Below, piece after piece: positions 26,539 to 40,399 of a DNA stretch of 64,000 nt. Source of the stretch: Eledone cirrhosa (lineage: Eukaryota); contig OZ024746.1 in the NCBI GenBank assembly GCA_964016885.1, forward strand, positions 61,566,001 through 61,630,000, read 5' to 3'. How positions within the stretch are numbered: position 1 is the stretch's first letter; each line of letters opens with the position of its first letter. The notes under the pieces were generated by a model. It was not told where the DNA came from. It saw only the letters and a program-made list of their open reading frames with translations, and did no database searches. The translations under genes and the position numbers were made by a program.

Positions 26539-29165
26539 GTATGCAGTAAAGCTTTCAAAGCAAAAGGAAGCATGCTGTATCATAAGAAAGTGGCACATGG
26601 CGTCAACGTAGAGCTGAGCCAAGGTCTGGAAGAGCGTTACCTCCGCCTGAAAACTCGGGCTCAAATAAAAACCTTTCATCTACATGATAAAACTCAGGAG
26701 AAAGAAACTCTCATACGACAAGATGTCGATATTACAGCAATGGAACACAGTCCTGTTGACATAACAGATCTTGACAATGGTGAAATGCAGGAAGACAAGG
26801 ATTTACATAGTGAAGCGAAAACTTCAGAAATTCTTGCACCAACACAAAATCCAAGTGGAAACAGCAACAGTAGCAGCTTAGTTAGAACAGATGATATAAC
26901 AGCTGTGAAACCCTCCACCACTTTTAAAGCAGAGTTGGAGCTTGCTAAAAGCCTTGGTTTAAATGACCAAAAAATCACTGAGGCAATGGCTGAAGCAAAC
27001 TTATCAAATTTTGAATCTTCTCATTCTTCTCATCCTCCACCCCCTCACCAGCAATCTCCACCAGCTTATTTTGTACCCAGTACCACTACATCATCATCAG
27101 CCACCCCTGTATTTCCTGTACGGGAGAGCAGCAAACCAGTTGCTCCTCTTTCAAATAAACAGTCGGAGGATCTTGTGATTTCCACAGAATCTCCGTTCCG
27201 GAAAAATCGAATTAGTATTAAAAATGAAACTATTATTGCCACACGAATTGATGGTGTAAACTTAGAAAATGGCCTGAAGACATCCCTGTATAAGTGCTAC
27301 CTCTGTGGCAAATTGTTCAATTTTCTCAGTAAGCTCCAGTGCCACATGTCTTTGCATTATGAACGGCACCTGGTCACCTATCAGTGTGGTATCTGTGGCA
27401 ACAATTTTCGCTTCAAAGCCCAGCTGCTTCGCCATTCCCGAAGACATCGACTACCCTCAAGAAACACTGTCCAGGTAGACCAGGGGGAACCATTTCACAA
27501 TCCCAACCCCGTTAGCCAAACTGCTCCTTTGCCTACAGAAGAAACAAATGAAACGTTGTCACTTAATACTGAATTTAAGGAGCCAGTTCTCGAAAGAGAC
27601 TCTTCCAAGGAGACCCCATTGGTCGACTCCTCTTCTAATAACCTTTACCAAACTAATGTTAACCTAGGATCGGCAGGGTTACCTTCTAGAGATTTTAGTT
27701 GTTCATATCAAAAGATTAATGGCTGTTATGTTTGTTTATATTGCAGAAAATCGTTTACAAGGTTTTTCTCCTTACAACGTCACGAGAGAATTCACACTGG
27801 CTACAAGCCATGCTATTGCAAAGAATGTGGGAAAGGTTTTAGTGAATACCGTAACTTACGCCAGCATATTATGCGTTTCCATAGCGATAGCTACCCTTTG
27901 GACTATGTTAGGAAAGTGAGGAAGCGTGCAATCCTTGCTAGCTTGAAGTCTTCCATTAGACTTGGTTACTTGAATCGACTTCAAGAACGGACTGATGCTG
28001 ATGGCATTGGTGTTGACATGTCCTCAGCTTCCCAAGAGCTTGGTGTTGGTGAAAACCAACATCCTTTGCTTAGTCAGGGTAACTCAGATCTGAAGTACGT
28101 TACCCATGTTGCTGTTTCCAGCGGTGGTCTTGCTGCCAATGACACTGCCATCTGCAGTACACAATACTCAAATAGCGACAAAGAATCTCAGCAACTGAGA
28201 CAGGAAGAGGAAGAGCAGGAGAAGGAGAAGTTAAATGCTAAGGAGATGTTGAAGAAGGAAGGGATTAAAGAGGATGTGACCGTTGTATTGCCGTCCGAAC
28301 CGCCAGCTGAGATAGAAGATATGGTGTCTGATTCACATCACACTAATGGACTCTCTGAAGGTAACTGGTCAGAAAATACCTCAGATAATGGTGAAGACAG
28401 TGCCAATGCTGTAGCTGGTCGTGAAATCATTGCTGCACCCAAGCGGTGTCTGTTACCTCAAAACAAAAAAGACAGCTTTCTGTTTAAATCCCGACGGAAA
28501 GCATCTCTGACATACAAAGTACAGAACTGCCAGTCTTCGAGGCAAGCAATTCCACCACCACCGCTCCCACCACCACCACTTCCCCCTCCACCACCACCAC
28601 CTCCATTACCACATAACACTGCTGCTGTTCAACAACAACAATCACATCACACCAATCCTTCTTCTCTTGCTCCACCACTGACTCTCACACCTTCTCCTCA
28701 TGCAATTGCATTGCAACACATAGTGGGTGACAGTGATCCAGAAATGGTGATGGCACCGTCTTGTATGGGGCAAAGCTTATTCAATACTCAGAGCAGTATG
28801 TTGTCGGGCATGCCCTCAATGGGACCAATAACATGTAACTCTATGGTTTTGGGAACACCCTCATTACCTGCTCAGGCAGCTGCTTCTTTCTTGGCTGCCA
28901 CTCAGTTGTTAAATCCAGCCGTATCGCAGGCCCTTACTGGTTCGCCTATTGTCAATATTCCACTTGGTCTTTCTACAGCCGGCGATCCGTTATCTCTGGC
29001 CACATCCACTTCCCTTACAGGAACCTCCCAGTGTCCATCCCCCGAGGAAAGCCTGGTTGGACTTCCACGTGTCCAGTGGCATGCCCCACTCTCACCAGAC
29101 AGTATTCGGAATTCTGTTTTAGCTGATGGACGCAAATTAACTTCACTTTCCAGAACACACTCCAG
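26539..29165 (+). CDS. C2H2 zinc-finger protein, large exon C (2627 nt)
   Basis: Acceptor tttttcag|GTA TGC completes finger 4. Four more fingers follow (CYLC..HMSLH, CGIC..HSRRH, CLYC..HERIH-TGYKP, CKEC..HIMRFH), plus a poly-Pro/Gln region. Donor AG|gtgagc (phase 2). Confidence 0.93.
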
Positions 29166-29804
29166 GTGAGCCAATCTTTTGTATTACAGGTGTGAGTGTC
29201 TTGAGAAAACTGTCAGTTTTGTCCAAAATGTAGTTGTCACAATTCGTTTGCATTGTTTAAGTATCTGTAAATATTTCCAATGCTATGTTAAGCTTATATT
29301 TTTCACTAAAATTGGTACAAGTCAACAAGAGCACATGTAGTTGCTCGACCTACTTGTAAGAGCAACTAAATTACTCTTAAAGTATATATATCCAACCATC
29401 TTTAAAAAAAAAGGAAGAACACTTTAAATAATGTAGTCCTGGGTACACTATGTCTGAAAACAATAGGATAGCCATAGTTTGAATGCTTTTAATTTTAGAT
29501 TTACTCAGGGCTGACTTGCGGCTAAACAAGAGCAATAACTGGCGTGGAAGGGAAATAATATATAGATAAAAAAATCTTAAAATCTAAACAGAAACCAAGG
29601 GAGGCAACACCTGTCAAATTATAATACATTTAGAAATGATACGTAAAGAAGATATCAGATAGTAATTTTGATAAGGAAGTAGTTTTAATTTTAGTATTAG
29701 AAGAGCGGACGTAAAATGATAATGATATTCTGCATTTATTTATTTCTGGGTAACTTTATTGTGAAAAAAATAAATATCATTATTATTTAAAAGAAATAAA
29801 TAAT

Positions 29805-29980
29805 TATTTCTACTTTTGGCACAAGGCCAGCAATTACCCCAGTGCATTACTGGTACTTCATTTTATCGACCCCGTAAGGATGAAAGGCAAAGTTAACCTC
29901 AGCGGGATTTGAACTCAGTCTGTAAAGGGACGTGACTATGTTGCAAAGCATGGCTTTCGACTCTCTACCGATACTGCCAA
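29805..29980 (-). mobile_element. SINE family A
   Basis: Reverse complement of the family consensus. Confidence 0.85.
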
Positions 29981-32484
29981 ATAATGTTATTACTACTAAG
30001 GTGATAAGGGTGGTGAATTGGCTGTATTGGGAGAACATTGGACAACATGCTTTGTGGTTTATAGCTATGAGTTTGAATCCTGAGTGAACTGAAGTAACAT
30101 GAAATAAAGTATCTTACTCAAAGATACAAGGTAGTGCCTAGTCCAGGATTCAGACCCACAACCCCATGGTTATAAACTCGATACTCTAACCATTAAGCCA
30201 CACACCTTCACTTAGCATGTTATTAGAGGTAGCTAAAAGGGTTGGTATTACGAAAGGTATCTGTCAGTAATCAGTTTCAAAATGAAAAGCCCATCTCACC
30301 TGTGCCAGCATGGAAAAGTGAACATATAAATCATAATAATAGGATATGATTTGAAGTTGATTTGGTTGCTATTTCTAGCAGGTTAAGTGACTATGTCTAG
30401 GCTGCCTCATTTTTAGCTTTGGGATGTTTGTGTGTATGGCAGCTGCACTGTCCCAGATATGTAAGAAGTACTCAAATGAGGGTCATATATGAACCTAATA
30501 GAAGGTTGGTCACTGTTCCAGAATTATGTTCTGGTCTTGAAGAGGAATTCAAGAATATGAATGCAATCTTAGCAAATGCTAATCCTTTCAGTCTCCAATG
30601 ATGTCATGTGGACCACATATCCATAGTATGTGATCCCTATAGATGGAGCTACACCCAGGAATTAAAACCAAGTTACAAACTTGGCTCAACAGAAACTTAC
30701 CTTCTCTACAGTACTCACACATTTATATAGTTATATATTTATTTATTTAATCAATCAATTTAAACGTCCGTTTTGAGCTAGTAAGCCACGAAAGACTGGG
30801 GTGGATATCTAGTCTTCCTTACAGCTAAGAATAAAAAATGAGACAGAAAGATAGAAAAAAAACGGGGGGGGGGGGGGGGGGGGGGGCAAAAAAAGGGGAG
30901 GCAAAAAAAAAAGGAAAACAAGGGAAGCTGTAAAGTTTCTGTTGTTGAATCTTTTCATAGCCTCCATATATATGTTTACTGTTTATTCAAAGGTGTGAAT
31001 AAATCAATGGCAAAATATAAAACTGGATGGATAAAGTATAAGACTACCAGTTTAGTAATAAGACTTACCAGAGTTTAAATCCATTGGAGGTATTTCATTA
31101 TGTATTTTGGACAGGACAATAATTTTATATGCTGGAATTCCATTAGCTCCCTGAGTAAGGTTAGGGAATCTTTTCCAAGTGGTGATTTGTCTCACATCTG
31201 TTTAAATTCATAATAGCAAAGCTGGACAATATAGTTATTTAGAAAGTGAAAGGTATCATCTTCAAGAAGACGGCTGTTAAACTGTTATATGAGTGATATT
31301 GTTCATCAGTTTGTGTATTTGGGGATCTAGGGAGCTTTTCTCATTCTTGAAACTATCATAATGCTGTTATGGTATGGTATGGTATGGTATGGTATGGTAT
31401 GGACCCGTAACTCCCCAGGAAGTCGTAGGGACACCATATTGACATATGCCATTTCTTAGGGTATTTTTAAACCTGGCGGAGCCCATCCCCTCTCTAGGCC
31501 TGAGTACAGCAGATTCTTCAAGAGATGGATAGAGAATGAGAGAAAGGAAGAGTTAAAGAGATATAGAGGAAGAATCAACCACAATTCTAGACTGGTACTT
31601 TTTTTCTCAACCTTGACTGGATGAAAGGCACAGTTGACTTCAGTGTGATTAGAAGTGAGAGAGACAGAACGAATACTGCAAAGCATTCTATCCAACATTG
31701 TTACAACTCTGCCAGTTCGCTGTATCATAATAAGTTGCTAAATATGTAAAGTTTGCGATAAATGTCCCCACTTAAATTTTTGGTAGCATGATTATTTGTA
31801 ATGTTATTGACAAAGTAAGTTAATCATGTTGCTGGCTTCAAATGAAGGTTGACAACCTTTGTAATAGATGCTTTTGAAATTTATTTACTGTAGAATCCTT
31901 TTACTCTGTAAATAATGAAAAAATATTCTAGGAATATGAATCATTTTGATTGTCCACAAATTTGGGAGGGACTAAAGAGTTGTCTTTGTGTTTGTAATTT
32001 TGAATTGTAATCCTGTTATTTGTATGTGCTTCTTATAGATGTGTGATAAATCATTTTATCTTTGCATGCATGTTATATGTGTGAGAGAGCATGTATTTAT
32101 ATGAGAGCATTCATTCATGTATGTGAGTTTTCCATCAGGAAGATGTTAGAAAATATGCTGCCATTTTATTTTATCAGTAATTGCAATGATAAATATATTA
32201 TCTTTGTTTATGAACTGCATCGTCTATGTGCTGTTTCTATTAATAGCTTTCTAAATATCTGGACTATTCAATAATATATAACAACACACTATACCTCTGC
32301 AGTGTCTTGCAATCAATACTAATCTGTTTTTGTTTATTTTTGCATGTTTTTTATTCCATGTATGTATTATAAATAAATTAGCCCACGTGTCATTTTGTAG
32401 TTGTTTAGTCATAGATAAGGTATGAATGAGCAAATCTTGGATAAAATAGTTTTTTTTTTATTAGGAGTACGTTGGACTATAGGC

Positions 32485-33330
32485 AGCAAATTGGCTGTGC
32501 TTTGTGGCATATAGTTACAGCCCTTTATGTTCTGAGTTCAAATCTTGCCAAGGTTAGCTTTGCCTTTCATCCTTAAGGGGTCAATAAAATAAAGCACCAG
32601 TAATGCACTGGGGTCAATTTAATCGACTTTCCTCTCACCCAAAATTGTTGGCCTAAAGTAGAAACCATTATTATTATTATTATTAAGGGCGGTGGATTGG
32701 CAGTATCGGTAGAAGGTCGGACGCCATGTTTTCCAGCATAGTTACGTCCCTTTACGATCTGAGTTCAAATCCCGCCGAGGTTGACTTTGCCTTTCATCCT
32801 TACGGGGTCGATAACATAAAGTACCAGTAATGCACTGGGTAATTGCTGGCCTTGTGCCTAAAGTAGAAACAATTATTATTATTATTATTTGAAAATTTAT
32901 AGGATGTTGGATTGGCAGAATCGGTAGAGTCGGACACCATGCTTTGCAGCATAAAGTTATGGTGCTTCACGCTCTGAGTTCAAATCCCACCGAGGTTAAC
33001 TTTGCCTTTCATCCTTACGGGGTCGATAAAATAAAGAACCAGTAATGCACTGGGGTTGATTTAATCGACTTTCCCCTTCCCCCCAAATTACTGGCCTTGT
33101 GCCTATACTAGAAATCATTATTATTTGCAAATTTGTTAGAGCATTTGACTATACCTTGCAGTATTTGTTCTGGTTCTTTACCATATGAATTCAAATCTTG
33201 CTGAAGGAAGTTGACTTTACTTTTCATCTTCCCAGAGTGAATAAAATAAAGTATCAATCAAGTACAAGGTTTGATTTAATTGATTAATGTCCTGTTACTA
33301 AGCCTTGTGTCTAAGTTAGAAACCATTATG
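32485..33330 (+). mobile_element. Head-to-tail stack of four SINE family A copies
   Basis: Copies at ~32485-32680, 32686-32890, 32905-33125 and 33130-33330, separated by (ATT)n tails. Confidence 0.88.
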
Positions 33331-34354
33331 GTCAATTAATAATTGATACCGAGAGAAATATAACAAACTGGGGAAATGGTATTATGAAATAATAAAACAA
33401 CATTAGATTCCTGGTGAGCATTAGATATGTTTGATATTTGCAACATAATCTGCAGGTGTCTTCTGATGAATTCTTGAGTTGACCAAAACCTTGTGAACTA
33501 AATTTGGTTAATGGTAATCGTGGAAGCGTGTCTGATATGTGTATATGTCATCTGTTGAGCTTTAGACTTAATATGTTATCAAAAGAAGGTTACTGTAAAA
33601 GCCTATCTAATAAGTCTATATGTCATCAGTGGAACATTAAACACAATACATTCTGCTATTTAGCTATATCCCTTTACATTCTCAACTGTAATCCCACCCA
33701 AGTTGACTTCGCCTTCCTTGAATGTGGTGCCTCAGCATGATTGCAATCCAATGACTGAAACCAGAAATTAATGGAAAAAGAAAAATGATGTTTCAGAAAA
33801 TTGGACGACAATACTAATGAGAATTTTTCCATGTAGATGATGTCGTGTTTCTTATTGCTATGATTTAGTTATTAGCTTCACTTGCCGGTTACAGAATGAT
33901 GATATTTCTGATCTTTGGAGGTAAAGATGTGTGTGTGAGAGAGAGAGAGGGGATAGTTTAAATAACATTTCACAATTTCAAGTTATCTTTGGCAATCATA
34001 GTCATGGAAGTTGGTTAGCTTAGTGCAGAAGTTCTGCTATGGCTAATGAGTAGTTATTACTGGCAGACAAAAATTTGCTTTGTACAAAAGAATAATCATT
34101 TGAAATGTATCTTTATTAGAAGCTTCTAACTGGCAATGTTATTTACTGCCCTACCACAAACCTGGGCTGTGATAGGAAAAAATAAATCAATAAACATATT
34201 GCATGAAATTATTTTTCTAACTAATGCTTGTAGTAATACTTCTAAAATACTCTGTTCTCTCTGTTCTCCAACTATTGTGTGCTTCAATTTTTGTTTTGAT
34301 ATAGCTTTTGCTTCTATCTGCTTGCTAGCATGTTCTGATGCACTCACCTTATGC

Positions 34355-34821
34355 TAGGTATCAAGTTGATCAGCTGTTACAGGGCAGAAGTTCAATATAT
34401 TCTGGCCCTAATATCTTGATAGGTATCAAGTTGATCAGCTGTTATAGGCCAGAAGTATAATATATTTCTGGTTTAATATCTTGATAGGTATCAAGTTGAT
34501 CAGCTGTTATAGGCCAGAAGTATAATATATTTCTGGTTTAATATCTTGATAGGTATCAAGTTGATCAGTTGTTATAAGCCAGAAGTATAATATATTTCTG
34601 GTTTAATATCTTGATAGGTATCAAGTTGATCAGCTGTTATAGGCCAGAAGTATAATATATTTCTGGTTTAATATCTTCATAGGTATCAAGTTGATCAGCT
34701 GTTACAGGCCAGAAGTTCATTATATTCTGACCCTAGTATCTTGATAGGAATCAAGTTGATCAGCTTTTACAGGCCAGAAGTAGAATGTTTTTCTGGCCTA
34801 ATATGTTGATACCTTTTACAG
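34355..34821. repeat. 65-bp minisatellite, ~7 copies, abutting exon D
   Basis: ttgataggtatcaag at 34481, 34546 and 34611. Confidence 0.93.
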
Positions 34822-34970
34822 GTTACATGTTGTGAATTCTCCTGTTGACAGAGAAAAGGTTTGCAAGCCCACTCTACTGCCCGATGGACGAGCTGTGTAC
34901 AGGTGTATCTTTTGTGGCAAAGATTTCCTTTCCTTTTCCGATATCAACCGACACATGGATTTCCATGAAG
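34822..34970 (+). CDS. C2H2 zinc-finger protein, exon D
   Basis: ccttttacag|G matches the phase 2 end of exon C (AG|G = Arg). Encodes YRCIFCGKDFLSFSDINRHMDFHE; donor G|gtaaga (phase 1). Confidence 0.9.
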
Positions 34971-35934
34971 GTAAGACAAACATTTTTTTTTTTTTTTTTT
35001 ATTCTTCCCTTTTGTTTAACTATAGTAATAAGTTCCAAAGCCTAATAAGTGTTGTCTTCCAATTCTTGCTATAACAGTTATCATATATATTATACTTCCT
35101 ACATATATCTCTACAGCCATTTATGTTGTGACTCAATACTGAAGATTGTCCATGATTGTCTTTTCAAAGTTATCATATATATTATACTTCCTACATATAT
35201 CTCTATAGCCATTCATGTTGTGACTCAATACTGAAGATTGTCCATGATTGTCTTTTCAAATCTTACACACACACACACACACACACGCTAAGTTAGTATA
35301 AACAAATCACAGTAATTCATATCCTCCTTTTAGTTTGCTGTTTGGTTTGTATGGAATGGTTTGTAGAATACATTTTGGTTTTTGGAAATAATGTTGGTAT
35401 TTTGAAAATTCCATTTCCAAAAGGAAATTTAATTTCTAGCTCCCTTTCAGCCTATCTAGTCTTCTCACTACCATCATCTTTTTTTATACCCATATAATGT
35501 GATGTGTGAAATCCTATTTATGTAACCCTGGGTAGCTCTGATCAGGAAGATCTATTGTATGTAGTTAGTTGATCACATGACTAGTTGTAATGTTGAGGTC
35601 CAATATCTCAAACAAGGTGATGACTACACTGTATGGTTGGACATGCTGCAGTGATGACTACACTGTATAGTTGGACATGCTGCAGTGGTTTATCACATAG
35701 AGTGCAGTGTCCAGTCTCTTCCAGTTGGTGCTGTTGTTGAACCACAGATCAGCCCTGATCAAACAGACATATAATCCAAGCCATTCCAACCATTCCCCTC
35801 CTATCTTTGTAGTGTAATGTAGGGCTATGTTATTTAATATATCTTTTACTTTCCCAAGATGGAATGGTGTCATTTCTAGCAGGAGGAGTGACCAATACAA
35901 AGGCTCTTGTTTGCTCAAGTATGTTCCTGTAGGT

Positions 35935-37737
35935 CATAGGTCATGGTGGTGACCACAGTGGAGTCGGGCCAGATAGACTGAAGTCATGGTAGTGACCACA
36001 GTGGAGTCAGGCCAGATAGTCTCTGATCATGGTAGTGACCACAGTGGAGTCAGGCCAGATAGTCTCTGATCATGGTAGTGACCACAGTGGAGTCAGGCCA
36101 GATAGTCTCTGATCATGGTAGTAACCACAGTGGAGTCAGGCCAGATAGTCTCTGATCATGGTAGTGACCACAGTGGAGTCAGGCCAGATAGTCTCTGATC
36201 ATGGTAGTGACCACAGTGGAGTCAGGCCAGATAGTCTCTGATCATGGTAGTGACCACAGTGGAGTCAGGCCAGATAGTCTCTGATCATGGTAGTGACCAC
36301 AGTGGAGTCAGGCCAGATAGTCTCTGATCATGGTAGTGACCACAGTGTAGTCAGGCCAGATAGTTTCTGATCATGGTAGTGACCACAGTGGAGTCAGGCC
36401 AGTTGGACTCAGGTCATGGTAGTGACCACAGTGTAGTCAGGCCAGATAGTCTCTGATCATGGTAGTGACCACAGTGGAGTCAGGCCAGATAGTCTCTGAT
36501 CATGGTAGTGACCACAGTGGAGTCAGGCCAGATAGTCTCTGATCATGGTAGTGACCACAGTGGAGTCAGGCCAGATAGTTTCTGATCATGGTAGTGACCA
36601 CAGTGGAGTCAGGCCAGTTGGACTCAGGTCATGGTAGTGACCACAGTGTAGTCAGGCCAGATAGTCTCTGATCATGGTAGTGACCACAGTGGAGTCAGGC
36701 CAGATAGTCTCTGATCATGGTAGTGACCACAGTGGAGTCAGGCCAGATAGTCTCTGATCATGGTAGTGACCACAGTGGAGTCAGGCCAGATAGTCTCTGA
36801 TCATGGTAGTGACCACAGTGGAGTCAGGCCAGATAGTCTCTGATCATGGTAGTGACCACAGTGGAGTCAGGCCAGATAGTCTCTGATCATGGTAGTGACC
36901 ACAGTGGAGTCAGGCCAGATAGTCTCTGATCATGGTAGTGACCACAGTGTAGTCAGGCCAGATAGTCTCTGATCATGGTAGTGACCACAGTGGAGTCAGG
37001 CCAGATAGTCTCTGATCATGGTAGTGACCACAGTGGAGTCAGGCCAGATAGTCTCTGATCATGGTAGTGACCACAGTGGAGTCAGGCCAGATAGTCTCTG
37101 ATCATGGTAGTGACCACAGTGGAGTCAGGCCAGATAGTCTCTGATCATGGTAGTGACCACAGTGGAGTCAGGCCAGATAGTCTCTGATCATGGTAGTGAC
37201 CACAGTGGAGTCAGGCCAGATAGTCTCTGATCATGGTAGTGACCACAGTGGAGTCAGGCCAGATAGTCTCTGATCATGGTAGTGACCACAGTGGAGTCAG
37301 GCCAGATAGTCTCTGATCATGGTAGTGACCACAGTGGAGTCAGGCCAGTTGGACTCAGGTCATGGTAGTGACCACAGTAGTCAGGCCAGTTGGACTCAGG
37401 TCATGGTAGTGACCACAGTAGTCAGGCCAGTTGGAATCAGGTCATGGTATTGACCACAGTGTAGTCATGTCAGATAGACTCAGGTCATAGTAGTGACCAC
37501 AGTGGAGTCAGGCCAGTTGGACTCATGTCATAGTGGTGACCATAGTGGAGTCAGGCCAGATAGTCTCAGATCATGGAAGTGACCATAGTGGAGTCAGGCC
37601 AGTTGGACTCAGGTCATGGTAGTGACCACAGTAGTCAGGCCAGTTGGAATCAGGTCATGGTATTGACCACATTGTAGTCATGTCAGATAGACTCAGGTCA
37701 TAGTAGTGACCACAGTGTAGTCAGGCCAGATGGACTC
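35935..37737. repeat. 43-bp minisatellite, ~42 copies
   Basis: Unit gatcatggtagtgaccacagtggagtcaggccagatagtctct; homogeneous centre with diverged ends. Confidence 0.97.
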
Positions 37738-38031
37738 TGTCCAATTATCATTAGTATTCTACTTCTCAACACAGTGTTTTGAGCCAATGAACTATTGATG
37801 TGCTGCTACTTATATTTTTTTCTGCATCTACAGATTGATAGTTTTCAGTTTCAGAAGATCCTATTTTAGGGTGAAAGCAGAAATTGTTTGCTTAAACTTT
37901 TAATCTGTGCTAATTATAAATATTTGCTCTATGGGTTTATATATATATATATATCTATATATATATATATATATATATATGCAACCCTTATCGAGTCCTC
38001 TCTGGATTTTGGTCTTTGTATTTATTATTAC

Positions 38032-38093
<62 letters not shown>

Positions 38094-39707
38094 TTGGTAT
38101 AAATATCCAAGGGTTTAAAGCACTCAGTCCATAGCACGAGTTATGTATAATCAGTTACAACAGTGATATATACAGGTAGTGACCTCTATATGTCAATGTT
38201 GTAATTGATTATATATATATATATAAATCAATTAAAGATGTTTATCATTTTTTTCAGTTTTCAGGGAAATTTGTATTTTCTGGCATGTTTACATGTCTAT
38301 TAAATGTGTATATTTATATACACATTGGTTCAATCTCAGTTACACATTCTCTATGTATAAAGATATAACTTTATCGTACACTTCGGCTACTAGCACACTT
38401 CTTAATATATAATTCTTTCATTATAACAGATTCCAATTATTTAAGAATAATGTGTAAAACAAACTTGCTACCCAAACACAAAATCCCTTAAATTCCAGAT
38501 TACACCTTGATATAGTAAGATATGTCAAATCCTTGTCGAGGTCTATTTACATTTGATGTGGTTTTGGCAAGCTATATGATATTTGTCTAACTACTTTTGT
38601 AGTTGACATTTATGGGCTGTAGTCATTGTTATAGTATAGAGTTTCTACTTCATACACTGTGTATGTGTGCATGTATGCTTGATGACCAGCTAAATGCATA
38701 TATGCACATATAGACACACCTCATAGGGTCCTCTTTTTTCAAGGCAATGTTCTCCAACTAGATGCCCTTCTTGGTACCAATCCTATTAATTGCCTCTTAT
38801 GACATACAGAGGTACAGTGTACTTAATCTAAGCAGGAACTGAATGACAAGTTAATGAGAGGAGACGAGTGTTGCTGAAACTGAAGGGAAAGGTATAGACT
38901 GCATGTGTGAGAAGAAGTATCATGATTTATGGGAGCAAGACATGAACATGGAGCATCTGAGAAGGTTGGAAAGAACAGAAATCAGAATAGTTCAATGAGA
39001 GAGTATCGATGAGAGAGAGAGGAAAACATAGATTGAGTTGCAGAGGATAGCAGGAATAGAGGCAGTGATGACTGAGGTGGCTTGGTCATGTGTTGAGGAA
39101 GGTAAGGCCATGACTGCGTGAAAGGAGTAATGGAAATGATTGTGGAAGGAAGTAGATGAAGGAGAACACCAAGAAAAGCCGGCCTACTGATGATGGAGAA
39201 AGGAAATAGAGGCCATAGTATTGGTGAGAGTGGATACAGTGTATATAGCAAGATGACGAAACTTACCCTGGGCACTGCAAGGCTAACCTCTGCTTTAGCT
39301 GAGAAAATGGCCTTAAATCACTTGTTTTTGATGTTGCATATGTGTGTGTTCAGTGTTGAATAGGGCAGTCTCTTTTGTTATATTATTCACTGTTTCCTGT
39401 CACCCACAAATTCCATGAATTTAATAGAGGTGGGCAGTTGAAAGGTATTAGAGGAAAGAATAATGTGTAAAGTGACTTCTTAACAATCTAATCTGTTTGT
39501 TTATAAAGGAATGTGTAGTGTGTATGAAGTATTGGTTAATGGAGATATTAATTGGTAATATGACTGAGAATAGAAGCCTAATAATATCCAATACCCTCTC
39601 ATTATTGTTATCATCATTGTTATTATCTCTGGTACACTAGATACATGAATTATATCAGAGGAAAATGCTGTTCTCATTCTGATAAAGGCAAGAGTATTTA
39701 AATGAGA

Positions 39708-39866
39708 ATAGTGGTGAATTGGCAGAATTGTTAGAATGTCAAATAGAATGCTTTGCGGTATTCATTCTGGTTTTCAGCTCTCTGTGTTCAAATCCCACTG
39801 AGGTCAACTTTGCCTTTCATCCTTTAAAGTTCAATAAAAATGTACCAGTCTAGTACTGGAGTCAAT
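39708..39866 (+). mobile_element. SINE family A, diverged
   Basis: tggcagaattgttag...gttcaaatccc...ctttgcctttcatcc...gtaccag. Confidence 0.7.
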
Positions 39867-40399
39867 TCTTCCTTTATATCTCTTACTCACTTCCTCTCTA
39901 TCCTCCTCTCTCTCCTTCACTGGAAGAAATCAGCTATGTTTGGACCTGGAAAGAAGATGGGCTCCGCCAAGTTTAAAAATGCCCAAGAACTGTTGTATGT
40001 CAATATGGCTCCCCTACAACTCCACCAGGAGTTACATATCCATACTTGCATACATTTAAATGGGAAGGTTTTTCACAATGTCTACAACAGAAGTTTTCAT
40101 TTTGGAGACAAGTAGTGAGTTGGTGGAAAATATATGTTACACAATTGTCTGAATTTAAGAAACTGCTAAATTTGACCACATCTAGGTCCCTCCATATTTT
40201 GTAAATCTGTGTCTGACAGATCCTTGAGGAGGTCTACAACCACATTGATGTATATTATCAATGAAGGCATTTGAAAAAACTCTATACTGCAGCTGGTGAG
40301 ACATTGGAAAACAAAGTGAAGGAAAAATCAGAAGTTGTTTGAGCAGGATAGGGAGAAAATATATAATGTGGTGTGAGAAAAGAATGCAGTTTTTCATGC

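Noticed and set aside
26518-29169. 883-aa ORF as a stand-alone gene
   Set aside because: It begins in a polypyrimidine tract with half a finger and ends at a splice donor; it is an internal exon.
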